From positions 1,984,001-2,048,000 of the forward strand of contig JAWMAR010000134.1 of NCBI GenBank assembly GCA_036785375.1: a DNA stretch of 64,000 nucleotides, in the 5' to 3' direction. Below are positions 13,088-26,026 of this stretch, one piece after another. Both the position numbers and the translations under genes were made by a program. The notes beneath the pieces are model-generated. The model did no database searches. It worked only from the letters and a program-made list of their open reading frames with translations, and had not been told where the DNA came from. The DNA comes from Leucoraja ocellata. Its lineage: Eukaryota. The first letter of the stretch is position 1, and the number at the start of each line of letters is the position of its first letter.

Positions 13088-13350
13088 AAGTAACTCAGCG
13101 GGTCTGGAAAACATGGATGTGACATTTTGGGTTGGAGCCCTTCGTCAGACGGACTGTAGTAGGGAGGGGAAAGCTGGAAGAGAGGTGTGAGTAGGCTCTC
13201 TTCCAGCTTTCTCCTCCCTCTTACAGTCTGAAGATGGGTCCCAACCCAAAACGTCACTTATCCAACCTCTCCAGAGATGCTGCATGACCCGTTGAGTTAC
13301 TCCAGCACTTTGTGCCATTTATTCTTAAGCAGAATGCACAGTTCTTTGTG
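13088..13350. mobile_element. Fold-back pLTR element with two oppositely oriented hammerhead motifs
   Basis: Perfect 15-bp stem 13170-13184/13196-13210 with 11-nt loop; ctgaagatgggtcccaacccaaaacgtc at 13228 and its inverted counterpart at 13112-13150. Confidence 0.85.
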
Positions 13351-13769
13351 TCATCATCTTATAGTTAACTATTTTTTTACTTCCTTTTCTTTTCTAATGA
13401 GAGTATAATACTGCCATTTTACCAGAATCCAAGGAATTTAGGACAATTATTTTGTTTAGTTTAGAGATACAAAAACTGTACGTCTTTGTTTTAATTATGA
13501 TAAAAAATTCCCATAATCATTCAACTATTACATGTCCAAATATCTTCTCAATTTATACCCTTTCCTACAAGGGTATATACGCTACATTTGGGGTATTTGA
13601 GTATCTATATATTACACTCACTAATGCCTTCTTCCTCATGTTATTTTTAAACCTTCACCCAAACAAACTCAAAATCTTCAGAGCCTAGGCTAACTCTAAC
13701 AAGTGTACTTACTTAATCTCCTGTTACGTATGCCACACCACCACATTTTCTTTCCTGCCTTTCTTTAAT

Positions 13770-14025
13770 TTTAGAGATACAGCATGGAAACAAGCCCTTC
13801 GGCCCATGGAGTCAACCATCAATCAATCATCAATCGCCCATTCATACTAGTTCTACACGCTCCCTACAGATTAGGATAATTTACAGAGGCCAATTAATCT
13901 ACAACCCCAGACGCCTTTGGGATGTGGGAGGAAATCCTCGCATTCACAAAGAGAACGTACAAGCTCCACACAGTCTTAACCAGAGGTCAGGATAAAACCG
14001 GGGCCTATGTTCCGCTGAACCACTG
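13770..14025 (-). mobile_element. tRNA-derived SINE (HE1/V-SINE type), degenerate
   Basis: Homologous to 9213-9514. Confidence 0.75.
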
Positions 14026-14874
14026 AAAAGTTACATACCACAGAATTTTAAATTTCAAGCTTTTGATCTTCTTGCAATTCTGTTTTTGTGATAGTTGTCA
14101 GATCACACCCATTCATCTCTCTGTGCTGTCAGTTCATGTTATAACTAATGCATTAGAGACAAAGCTTGCCTTTTTTTGCTGCTTTTATTCAATTTACCTC
14201 TTTTTGAAAAGTCTATTTAATCAGAATGTAGCATTGTGAAGATTTTCTGAAATAACCAACTTCCTCACGTAGGGGCCCTGTACACAGATGCTTAGTAAAA
14301 AAACAGTTGGCAGTGACCAAGAAAGATGCATTAGGTGTTGTGCATGGTGCCCAAGACTTTGATAGCAACTGGGTAAGTCTTGCACGAGAAAAGCTTTTCC
14401 CACCATCCATTACATAAATCAGGTCATACAGACCAAGCTTGAGGTCAGTGCTGATTGGTAATTATAGCGGTTAAAGTTAGAGAGAGAGCACAAAAACAGA
14501 CACCTCCATCCAACTCAATCTGGTAAATTGGAGCTGCAGATCTGAAGGGTGCCGAGTGGCAGTGGTCAATTTTGGGTAGAGGGAAAAATCATGTCAAGAT
14601 TTGTAAACATGGCACTCTGTAAACACCATAATAAACAACAGTTATATAACAGAATATAACGGTTCTAGTTATGGGCTGGGAAGAGGCCTGGTTGGTCGGG
14701 GAGAGAGTTGGGTAAATAAATTACTTAAAAGGAAATAAAAGTCAGGTTCCCAAGACAAGCCCGGACATTCTCAGCAAAGTCACTTTGAGTCATGTGAAAA
14801 CAGATTTCATAGGCACTACGAAAGCTCCTTTTTACATGGACACTCTGGACTGTGCACACCTCAGTCTCCAAAGA

Positions 14875-16495
14875 ATAGAAACACGGAAACAAAGAATAAT
14901 AGGTGCAAGAGTAGGCCATTCGGCACTTCGAGCCAGCACCGCCATTCAATATGATCATGGCTGATCATCCAAAATCAGTACCCCGTTCCTGCTTTCTCCC
15001 CATATCCCTTGATTCCGTTAGCCTGAAGTGCCTCCCTTGAAAACATCCAGTGAATTGGCCTCCACTGCCTTCTGTGGCAGGAATTCCACAGATTCACAAC
15101 TCTCTGGGTGAAAACGTTTTTCCTCATCTCAGTACTAAATGGCCTACTGGTTCTGGACTACCCCAACACCGGGGATGTTTTCCTGCATCTAGCCTGTCCA
15201 ATGGAGTTTCTCAAATTAGGAGACCAAAACTGCACATAATTCTCCAGGTGTGGACTCACCAGGACCCTGTACAACTGCAATAGGACACCTTGCTCCGATA
15301 GATACTCAAATCCTCCCGCTATGAAGGCCAATGTGCCATTTGCTTTCTTCACTGCCTGCTGAACCTGCATGCTTACTTTCAGTGACTGATGTACAAGGCC
15401 ACCCAGGTCTTGTTGCACCTCCCCTTTTCCTAATCTGACACCATTCTGATAATAATCTGCCTTCTTGTTCTCAAAGTTCAAATATATTTGTCACATGGAC
15501 CATAAGGTGTAGTGAAATGTAATTTACCATGCAGCGTACAATTAAAAAGGGCACAATACACAACATAACACAGGCATCCACCACAGCATTCTTCACTGTG
15601 GTGGAAGGCAATACATTTCAGACAGTCCTCCTCCTCCTCCTGTGGTCGGGGCCCTGACCCTCCAAAGTCGCCGCTAGGGAACGGCCTGATGTTCAAGCCC
15701 ACTGGTCGGGATGGTCGGAACGCCGACGTCGGGACCAAAGTGGATAACCTCACTTTTATCCACATTATATTGCATCTGCCCATTCACCCACCGATCCAAA
15801 TCACCCTGCAGCCTCATACCATCCTCCTCGTAGCTCACACTGCCACCCAGCTTTGTGTCATCCGCAAACTTGCAAACTTCCATTTAATTCCTTTGTCTAA
15901 ATCGTTAATATATATTGTAAATAACTGGGGTCGCAGCACTGAGTCTTGCGGCACCCCACTTGTCACTGCCTACCATTCTGAAAAGGACCCATTAATTCCT
16001 ACTCTTTGCTTCCCGTCTGCCAACCAGTTCCTTATCCATGTCAATATCCTACCCTCAATACCATGTGCTCTAATTTTGCACACTAATCTCTTGTGTGGGA
16101 CCTTGTCAAAGGCTTTTTGAAAGTCCAGATACACCACATCCACTGGCTCCGTCTTATCCACTCTACTCGTTACATCCTCAAAAAAATTCCAGAAGATTAG
16201 TCAAGCATGATTTCCCCTTCATAAATCCATGCTGACGTTGACTGATCCTGTCACTGCTTTCCAAATGCGCTGCTATTACATCTTTAATGATCGACAAAGC
16301 ATCTTCCCCACTACTGATGTAAGGCTAACTGGTCTATAATTCCCTGTTTTCACTCTCCATCCTTTCCTAAGAAATGGGGTTACATTAGCAACCACCAGTC
16401 CACAGGAACTGATCCAGAGTCTATAGAACATTGGAAAATGATCGTCAATGCATCCCCGATTCCTAGTGTTACCACCTTGAATACTCTGGGATGCA
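14875..16495 (-). mobile_element. CR1 (HER1-like) LINE RT to 3' end, frameshifted, interrupted at 15478-15735
   Basis: NYRPVSLTSVVGKML, VDVVYLDFQKAFDKVPH, CKFADDTKLGG, LYRVLVSPHLE in successive minus ORFs. Confidence 0.92.
15478..15735 (-). mobile_element. 3' fragment of the GC-rich Rex1-tailed element inserted in CR1
   Basis: Reverse complement contains gccttccaccacagtg hairpin and atttcactac...tgtgacaaata tail. Confidence 0.7.
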
Positions 16496-16940
16496 ACCAT
16501 AATATACATGATGGCCACGCAGATCAAAATGACATGCCTCAGTGACCACCGACCTGCTTGAGATGAAGAAACGATTGGCTTATGACACATATCAACTCTT
16601 GCCTCAAACACTGCAAGGAGTGCGGAGAGGAATTGTATCTAGTAGTAGGGTCTTGTTGGGCCTGGTGGAAACTGCAAAGAATGGTCTATTGAACATGGAG
16701 CCTGGTGGGTGGAAGGCAAGGACCAGGGGAACTCCATTCTTGCTCAAGGGGTGAGAGCAGATGTGCAAGAAGTAGATGTCGTAAAGGACTCTGACCATTA
16801 TGGTGAGGGAAAGCCACAATTAAGGAAGAATATCTCAGCATCTGAGCAAATGCAACAGAGACAGAGGAACTGAGACTATGGAATACATTCCTTTAGAGGC
16901 AGGATGGGAGGAAGTAAGATCAAGATAGCTGTAAAGGTTT
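16495..16940 (-). mobile_element. Degenerate Penelope-like ORF fragment
   Basis: Minus ORF 16604-16819 SKNGVPLVLAFHP matches NKGRVPLVLTFHP of the intact PLE. Confidence 0.7.
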
Positions 16941-18342
16941 GTGGGCATCAGCAGTTCTCAGTTTGGATGTTCTTCTCTCCCCCTTTATCAAACAACGTTT
17001 TACATTTTGGACACAGGCCATTATCTCAGTTCTTCATCCTGCTATGTTTAGAAAGTATATAGAAATATTTTGTACGTCAGTTTCTGAATGGAATCTTGCC
17101 CTTTAATAAAATAAACGGAAATAGAATTGGGAATTCAGGAAAATAACTTTACACAGAATGTTGAGAATAAAATCTGGAAGGGGAAAGAGAAGTGGCCCGG
17201 AACATAGATATATTTCTGTCGACCTGGTTAGCACAAGGAGGAGAAGGTTACATTGCCTCAGAAAGACGAGTGGAACCTTGAATGCAGATAAGCACCAGTA
17301 TTGACAAATTGAAGCCCTCATTTCAGAACTACTGTACTCTGTGCAGCCTCCTTCATAATGACCATTACAAATAGACTACATCTGGTCCACAACTCTAACA
17401 TTCTGCAGATTTATTGTACAAAAGATGAAGTAGCGTCAACTTTCAAGCTCACGTAGGTGTTCAGCCTCGGCTACACTGCCAAATGTATTGAGGTAATTCG
17501 CAGATGCATCATAAGACTGCAGATTTTTAGGTAATTTCAGCCTTAAAGTAGCTTTGAGGTTGGTATGAAAATTTCTAGGCTTTTAAGTACAAAGACTAAC
17601 TGTTGACTTTTCTGCCTTTGGAGAAAGAGCTCTGAAGCATTAAAGTTTCATCATATATTGCATAATTTATTTACCAGGACAAAAAATATTTTAGTTATAA
17701 AAAAGAGAATCCATGAAAAGAATAATCATTGCATTAAACTTTATAGCAATAAAATGTTAATAAATTACCCCCAAATTAGTCTTGACTCTAATTATCTTCC
17801 ATTTTATATTATGCGCACTAGCTAAATAATTAAATACCAATCCATAATAGTTTATCCAGAGAAACCAAAAACTATTCAAATGTTTAGATGGTCTGGTCTT
17901 TGTTGCAAAGATAAAAATCACTAACTTTGAGCTGCATCTGCTCTTGTCCAAGATATGCATCAATAGCATTTTTTTTAAACCAGACTGGTGAATGCCAAAT
18001 CACCTCAAGTTGGAGCATGTCATATCATATTGGAAAAAGCTTGCACCACTAATGTATAAAGCTATTCACTGAAAGAAAAAATTATGCCTCATGGATATTG
18101 TTTCTTTGAATGATTTAACTCTCGGATCTTTTACTCCACAAATTACTGAAGTTTACTTTTCATCCAACTAGAGATCACAAAAATTATAAATCTCTTAAAA
18201 AATCCACAGCCTGGATTATCAATCCCTCATTTCATTCATACCGATACCAGGAAAAAATGATGGAAAATCTGCAAGATGAGCTGAATTCAACTTTTGATGA
18301 CAGTTTGACCTTTGTCTAAGCAGACAAGCTTCAATCTATGCA

Positions 18343-18505
18343 GAAGGTAGATAAAAACGCTGGAGAAACTCAGCGGGTGAGGCAGCATCTATGGAGCAAA
18401 ATAATTGGTGGCGTTTCGGGTCGAGACCCTTCTTCAGACATTTTTATCTAGCATTTTTTATCTACCTTCGATTTTTCCAGCATTTGCAGTTCCTTCTTAA
18501 ACATT
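18343..18505 (-). mobile_element. pLTR element with near-intact hammerhead core and inverted tail
   Basis: Minus 18409-18439 reads gtctgaagaagggtctcgacccgaaacgcc. Confidence 0.8.
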
Positions 18506-21500
18506 CAATCTATGCAGAGTTAATTTTACAGAATGCTCTTGCTATTCACAAAAAAACATTATATTACATACTTGAGCCTTAAGGCCATAAGTATCCACTA
18601 AATTGACTTAAATTCAATTTGCTAATAAATGTATGCATGTTACACTGTACATTAAACAGTCTCATTGGAATTGCTCATTTTGCCAATCCAATTATAAAGA
18701 ATGAACTGTAAGTGAAACATAAGATTGACACTATAGTACGACAACCACAACATTTCATTTAACACATGTCTTGAATTAATATTGGGAATGTTCAACCAAG
18801 ACTTTTCTTCTTTGGATATAATCAAAACAAAATATTGCTAGCATAATTTCCCCCAGAATAACCCATAATTATTTTATATACAAATAATTGGGTACCAATG
18901 TTAATATGTGGGCTGAACATAATCAGCACACTTACTTAAAGAAGAGCAGCATGATTCCCATAACAGACCTTTTTTTCTCCAGAAGTAACAACAGCCTTAC
19001 TAGCATTTTTTAAATCTCTGACAGCTGTAGTCATGTTACACTGCAGAACTTAAAGCTGGAAAAATATCAATGCCTGGGGAACACAAACAGAAGGTTTGCC
19101 TACATTGAAGGCATCTAAACTGCAAAACTTATAGAAGGCTTCCAAGGGTTACTAAGGAAAAAAAGGATCTGTTGAAGAGAAAAGGGTTATAAAAACTCCT
19201 AATTGCTATAGAGACTTTATGCAAGGCCTAATTTGCATCATCCAGCAGTTCAATACATATGCAAAACAGTGTTCGAGGTTACTCAGGCTACAACGTATTA
19301 TATAGGAATATATGTTTGAATGCTGCATCCAACTAGTTTTGTTTGAAGTCCCAAAGTAAATTCCCCTGTGGTAATACTATGAAAATTACTCTCTGCTGAT
19401 ATGATGCTGGATGTTTTGCAAAGCTGTCCCAAAGGAAACAGTCAACTCCTTCCCAATGGAAATACCACAAACTAAAAGTAAAACAATGTATTGCTTTCTA
19501 CCATCTTGCCAGAAACCTAGTGGATCCTATACAGAATATCTTCATTAATTTCACCATGACACAACACCGTAAAATGATAGTTTGGAATTAGCCATTGCGA
19601 CTTGAACATTTTAACAGTTTTCATTTAAATATTATGCTTGTGAAAATGATTTGGAATTAGGTAATATTACCAAGTGAAAAATCAAAAAATACTTTCTCCA
19701 AAAAGCTAATGGCCTTGAGCATTTTCCAATTAATTTTATTTCAGCAGGCTGATTTGAGATTACTTGGCCCCACAAATGATATAAAGTTGCAGTTCCAACA
19801 GCTTATATAATTCTTGATGAAAAATTAGAGAAATTCTTCCACATTTAATGTTCATATCTGAAGGGATTTGCCAAGCTAAAATATTAATTCAGTATTAAAA
19901 ATAAAATCCAACAACAGTATCCGATTTTAGAAACAGATCAACACTGACAATACATTTTCCTCATTGCTGGTTCAGAATTTCCTGCTGCCAATATTTCATT
20001 GTACAATATAATGAACAATATATAATCTAAAAGATATCATAATTCTGTAAAACAAAATAATTTTGATAGAGATGTTGACATGACCTTAATTTATGTAATG
20101 AAAACATCAATTAAAAATTGCAACATACTCTAGAGCCATAAAAATTGCAAGCAGCGACCCTCCATATAAAAGGCACTATTTTTATTTGGTTTCATTTCCT
20201 CCTGGTTTTGTATTGCTCCAGAATACTTCCTCTGCTGTGGGCATTTTATAATTTATCAATGCAGTCACACACAAAAAAAATCCCACAGCTATTCTCAATT
20301 GTGCAAGAGATGGCATCCTAAAAAAAAAACAACTATCTACTACAAAAGACAGCAAAATAAAAATCAACACATCAGCAAGTCTACTGGCCACAGATCAACT
20401 CGTATCGAGTGCAATGAAACTAGAATATGCATCATGCAAACCAGGAAGCTGTATCGAATGAAAGATTTTGCCATCACATAAACAGATGGAGCTTGTGAAT
20501 AGAAGCTTCCACAGCTTCCAAGGTTACAAGGAAAAGCAATTTTGAATGAAACACGTTGATGTGACAATCGGCCTCAACTCAATGCTTTTTTCTTTTAGCA
20601 TCGAGTTGTTTTTTTTTTTAAACATTACTGAAATAGCAAGGCTTGAAGGACACAGGCAATTGAGTCATGCAGAAGATGTCAAGGTTTATCTACAAATGAT
20701 TACAATCAATAATCATGTGTTAATACCATCAATTTTAATAGCATAGCTGGATCAGAAAACAGATTTCAAAATAGTAATTTCATACTTTGTAATAGTGTGC
20801 CTCACCCACTATCAATCCATGGTCATCAGCACTTAATCTTGCCACTTTGCCAATGCTTCAAAACTTCTCTGGCATTACTTTGGAAGGACAAAAAACTGTT
20901 GTTTTACTGAGATTATGGATCTTAAATTCTTTTATATAATTTATACTGTGACAATATTTTAAAGTACATATACCAAGAATATATAATGTACATATATCAA
21001 GCAGCATCTCTAGAGACTACGGTTTGGTGATGGTGATGTTTTGGGACAAGATCTTTCTTCATCCTCTCAGTATGGAACTGGGCCCTGAATCCAGGTGAGT
21101 TGTCAGCCCCAGCCTACAGGTGGCTGGGGGAAGAGGCGAGGATCAGCGGATGTCAATGGACTGTCACATTGAATGGCGGCGCAGGCTCGAAGGGCCGAAT
21201 GACCTACTCCTGTTGTCTACTGTTGCAGCCCATGGGCGGCCAAACTGAAGGGAAGGGTCTGTGGTGGTGGTGGTGATGGTGATGGCAGATGCAACCAGGA
21301 AGAGGCCAGTGAGTAGGTGTGAGCCGGGGCTGCCAGGGTTGTGAGTAGTAGTGGAGGAGGAGTGAGCCGCGCGGCTGATGTGGACTGCCGGGGCTGTAAG
21401 CGGCTGGGGAGATGGCACAAACGGCTTCAGGAGCCATCGGTAGGTCCCTCCGCTGTAACCAACATTCATTATAAAGAGGTATATTAAAACGAGGATTTAC

Positions 21501-21769
21501 TGTAATGGGTGTTCCAAAGCAAACTAACTTTCAGCAGACAAATTACTACACCTCTGGTTAAGGGGGAATCTCAAACAAGCCTTAGGTATTTTGAATATAT
21601 GCAAATTATTGCCATCTTTTCTCAAAATTGTGTCAATATATAACCAATGACACAACAGCTATGCAACTTGCATGCAATTGCTACGCCAAAGTATACTTGT
21701 ACAACAGATATGGTGGGAATGAATTCACCATTGCCGTGACTGTTACATAAAGAAAACAAGGGAGCATAA

Positions 21770-22930
21770 CTTATGTGGCTCTGGTATCCGATATCAGTAC
21801 TTTGAGAGGCTGGTCATGGTGCACATAAACTCCAGCCTCCCCGTCAGCCTTGATCCACAGCAATTGGCCTAACAATGCAAGAGGTCCACAGTAGGCACTG
21901 GCCATCTGGTCCAGCACTCATTGCTGGAGCATGTGGATAACCAAGGATACCTACAAACTCCTATTTATCTGTTACAATACCTTAATTCCAGCCAACATTT
22001 ATTGATTATATCTCCATCCACTATGCCATAATTCCAACCTGTTTCCCGACCCATCCAAGGATGGGCAACAAAACATTCTCCACAATAATTCTGAACATTG
22101 GCCTTAGTCCTTTACTATACTCCTTATACACTTACAACCATACAGCCAAATTCTAGTCCAACTCCATTTATAAGTTTACAGATGACACAAGCGCAGTGGG
22201 CTGGATCAAAAACAATGGCAATGCAGAGTACAGGATGGAGATAGGGAGTTTAGAATCATGCTATAAAGACAGAAACCTCTCCCTAAATGTCAGCAAAACA
22301 GAGGAGTTGGTCACCGAGTTCAGGAAATGGATGGAGTATGTGCACCAGTCTGTACCGAGAGCTCAGGTGTTTCAGTGTAAATATTACCAACAACTTGTCC
22401 AGGTCCAACAACATTGGCACCTTGGCTAAGAAAGCATATCTACTGCCTCATAAGGCTGTGGAAATTCAGCAAGCCTCCAATGTCTTTTACCAATTTCTAG
22501 ACGCACCATAAAAAAATATCCTATCAGGATGCATCACAGATGGGTATGGCAACTGTTCTACCCAAGAGTGCAAGAAATTAGTAAAATAAAATAGTCTATC
22601 ATGGAAAGGCAACACCCCCCCCACCCCCCCACCCCGAATCCACCTGAACTTCATGCTGCTTTGAGAAAGCAACTGACACATTCAAGGACCACTCACAACC
22701 TGTTCATTCTCTTTCACCCCTCTTCCAATGGGCAGAAGATACAAAAGCTTGAAAGTATGTACCAGTAGATTCAAGAACCGCTTATTTCCCGCTGTTCTCA
22801 GATTCTAAAACAGAACTCTTATATGTTAAGAATGAATTCATGATCTTTCAATCTACCATGCTGCCACAGTTTTATTTTATCTACACTTTCCCAGCCGTAG
22901 TAAAATTATATTCTGCACTGTATTTAGTTT
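21770..22930 (+). mobile_element. Degenerate Rex1/Babar LINE RT and 3' region
   Basis: tttacagatgacaca (FTDDT), NLSLNVSKTEELV, FSVNITNNLS motifs. Confidence 0.75.
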
Positions 22931-23192
22931 CTCTTTTGTACTAGCTGCTGTAATTATTCCTACGGGGAAGCGTGCTTCATTGTTTGGGAGTGCCTGGAAT
23001 ATCTTTATATGCAAGTGTTGGCCAATATTCTCACTAATGTTGAACATGGCTATTGCTTCCCCACAGTTCAAAGCCTTGGACATTTGTGTGCTGGAATTCA
23101 TGTCACAAATTATTTTTCAATAACTCACGCTGGAAATGTGCGTGTGGATGTCAGAGAAGAAAAAATATCAAGTTTAGGTGTAATGTACTCAC

Positions 23193-23281
23193 AGTCAAAA
23201 AACCGTTCTTTGGAAGTAATAATAAATAACAGCTGTGTAACTATACCAAACGCTGGTGAGGTCTCATCCTTTTCTCTTTAG
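23193..23281 (-). other. Candidate 89-nt non-coding exon of the minus-strand host gene
   Basis: ctgac...tttgcaatattcccag acceptor and GACT|gtgagt donor in unique sequence; splice signals only. Confidence 0.25.
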
Positions 23282-23439
23282 CTGGGAATATTGCAAAGTC
23301 AGAGCAGAATAAACAATATGAAATGTTTTTCTAAACTCGCATTTCTCATTGTTTCTCTGGCGCCCATTCAGACCATCAAATCTATGCCAGCTCTCAGAGA
23401 AATCCTCAGTCCCACCGCTCTACTTACTTTCATAAGCTC

Positions 23440-24760
23440 AGTCATAGGAGCAGAATTAGGCCATTCGGCCCATCAAGTCTACTCTGCCATTTAATCATAG
23501 CTGATCTACCTCATCTCTTTGCTTAAGGTAGGTCCTTTTATTCTGATGTTGTGCTCTCTGATCCTAGACTCTCCCAGTAGTGAAAACATACTCTCCACAT
23601 CCACTCTACCTGGGCTTTTCAATATCCAGTAAGTTCAGTACGTTTCAATGAGGTGGCCCCTCATCCTTCTAAACTCCAGCGAGTACAGGCCTAGTGCTGT
23701 TAAACACTCCTCATATGTTAACCCAATCATCCCGGGATAATTCTCGTAAACCTCCCCTGGACTTTCTCCAATGTCAGCGCATTCCTCCTCAAATATGGGT
23801 CCCAAAAACGGCTCACATTACCCCAAATGCAGTCTGACCAGTGCCTTAGAAAGCCTCAGCATTACATCCCTGTTTTTTAAATAATCCAGCCTTTTCAAAA
23901 TAAATTATAACATTGCATTTGCCTTCCTGACTACTGATTCAACTTCCAAATTATTTTTGGGGAATCCTGCACCAGCACTCCCAAGTACCTTTGCACCTCC
24001 GATTGATGAATCCTTTCCCCATTTAGAAAACTATCTACACGTTTATTCGTACTACCAAAGTGCATGGCTGCACATTTTACGATGCTGTATTCCATCTGCG
24101 CCTTATTTGCCCACACTCCCAACCTGTCCAAGTTCTTCTGTTGAGTCCCTGCTTTCTTGACATTACCTGACCCTCCACCTATCTTCATATCATTTGCAAA
24201 TTTGGCCACAATGCCTTGAATTCTCTCATCCAAATCATTAATATACAACGTGAAGAACAACACTAATCACTTGCAGCCAACCAGAAAAAAAACCCTTTAT
24301 TACCACTCTTTGCCTTCTGCTATTCAGCCAACCTATCCATGCAAGCATCTTCCCTCTAATACCATAGGCTCTCATCTTTTTTAGCAGTCGCACATTATCA
24401 ATGACCTTCTGAAAATCTAAACAATGTCCACTGACTCTCTTTTGTCTATCCTGCTATTTACTTCCTCAAAGAATTCCAACAGATTTGTCAGGCAAGATCT
24501 CCCCTCCATAAAACCATGCTGACGCCAGCCTATTTTATCGCCTGCTTCTATGTACTCCAAAAGCTCATCCTTCATAATGGACAGTAACATCTTACCAATC
24601 ACTGAAGTCAGGCTAATGGCTTATTGTTTCCTTCTTTTGCTTCGTTCGTTCCTTGAACACTGGAGTAACATTTTCAATTTTCTCGTCTTCTGGGACCACT
24701 CATGACTCTTGAAAGATCATCACTCATGCCTCAACATTCTCGAAGCTACCGGCAATTTCC
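23440..24760 (-). mobile_element. CR1 LINE RT to 3' end, degenerate
   Basis: QHGFMEGRSCLTNLLEFFEEV and LYINDLDE..VAKFANDMKIGG motifs. Confidence 0.9.
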
Positions 24761-26026
24761 AGCATCAACCTCCCTCTCGTTATCCTGTGACACACCTACA
24801 CTCAGGGAATTGACAGTGGCCAATTAACATACAATGCCCTCCATACTGTTTGGGACAAAGACCCATCGTTTGTTTATTTGCCTCTGTACTGCACATTTTG
24901 AGATTTGTAATATAAAACAAAATCACATTTGGTTAAAATGCACATTGTTAGATTTTATTAAAGGGTATTTTTATACATTTTGGTTTCACCGTGTAGAAAT
25001 TACAGCTGTGTTTATACAGTCCCCCCCATTTCAGGGCACCATAATGTTTGGGCCGCATGGCTTCACAGGTGTTTGTAATTGCTCAGGTGTGTTTAAATGC
25101 CTCCTTAACGCAGGTATAAGAGAGCTTGCAGCACCTAGTCTTTCCATCACCTTTGGAAACTTTTATTGCTGTTTATCAACACGAGAACCAAAGTTGTGCC
25201 TATGAAAGTCAAAGAAGCCATTATGAGACTGAGAAACAAGAATAAAACTGTTAGACATCAGCCAAACCTTAGGTTTACCAAAATTAACTGTTTGGAACAT
25301 CATTAAGAAGAAGGAGCACTGGTGAGCTTACTAATCGCAAAGGGACTGGCAGGCCAAGGAAGACCTGCACAGCTGATGACAGAAGAATTCTCTCCATAAT
25401 AAAGAATAATCCCCAAACACCTGTCCGACAGATCAGAAACACTCTTCAGGGGTCAGACGATTTGTCAATGACCACTGTCCGCAGAAGTTAAATCTCGTTT
25501 AAAATCTCTTCCCTGTACGGGAGACCCGACCTTTTCCCTGTCGGGTCTCCGTTGTCGTTGGGGCCTAGCACCGTGGAGCGGCCTCCAACCTGAACGACCC
25601 AGGGGCTCGGGAGACTGCGGAGCTGTGGACTCCTCACCATCGTGGGGCTGGCCGGCCTCGGAGCGTGGGGAGCTGTGGTGAATCGCTGCTGCGACTCGAC
25701 TACTGGGGCTCGGAGGCTCCAGCAACGCACCCGCAGGACCGGTGGACTGTCGGCACATCGGGAGCTCGCGGGTCCGGTTGAGGAGACCGCATCCCGGAGC
25801 TCCCGCAACGCGACTTCTCCAGCCCGTGTCGCGGGGTTGGAACGACCCGGAGTGGGGCCGTACATCGCCCGGTGCGGCTTCATGAACGTGGGACATTACA
25901 GCGCCCGCCGGGGGCTCCAACATTGTGACTTTTAGACCGGGAGCGGGGCCATAAATCACCCGGCACGGCCTAAAATGGCCGTGGAACTTATCATCGCCCG
26001 CCTGGGGCTTGGACATCGGGAGAGTC

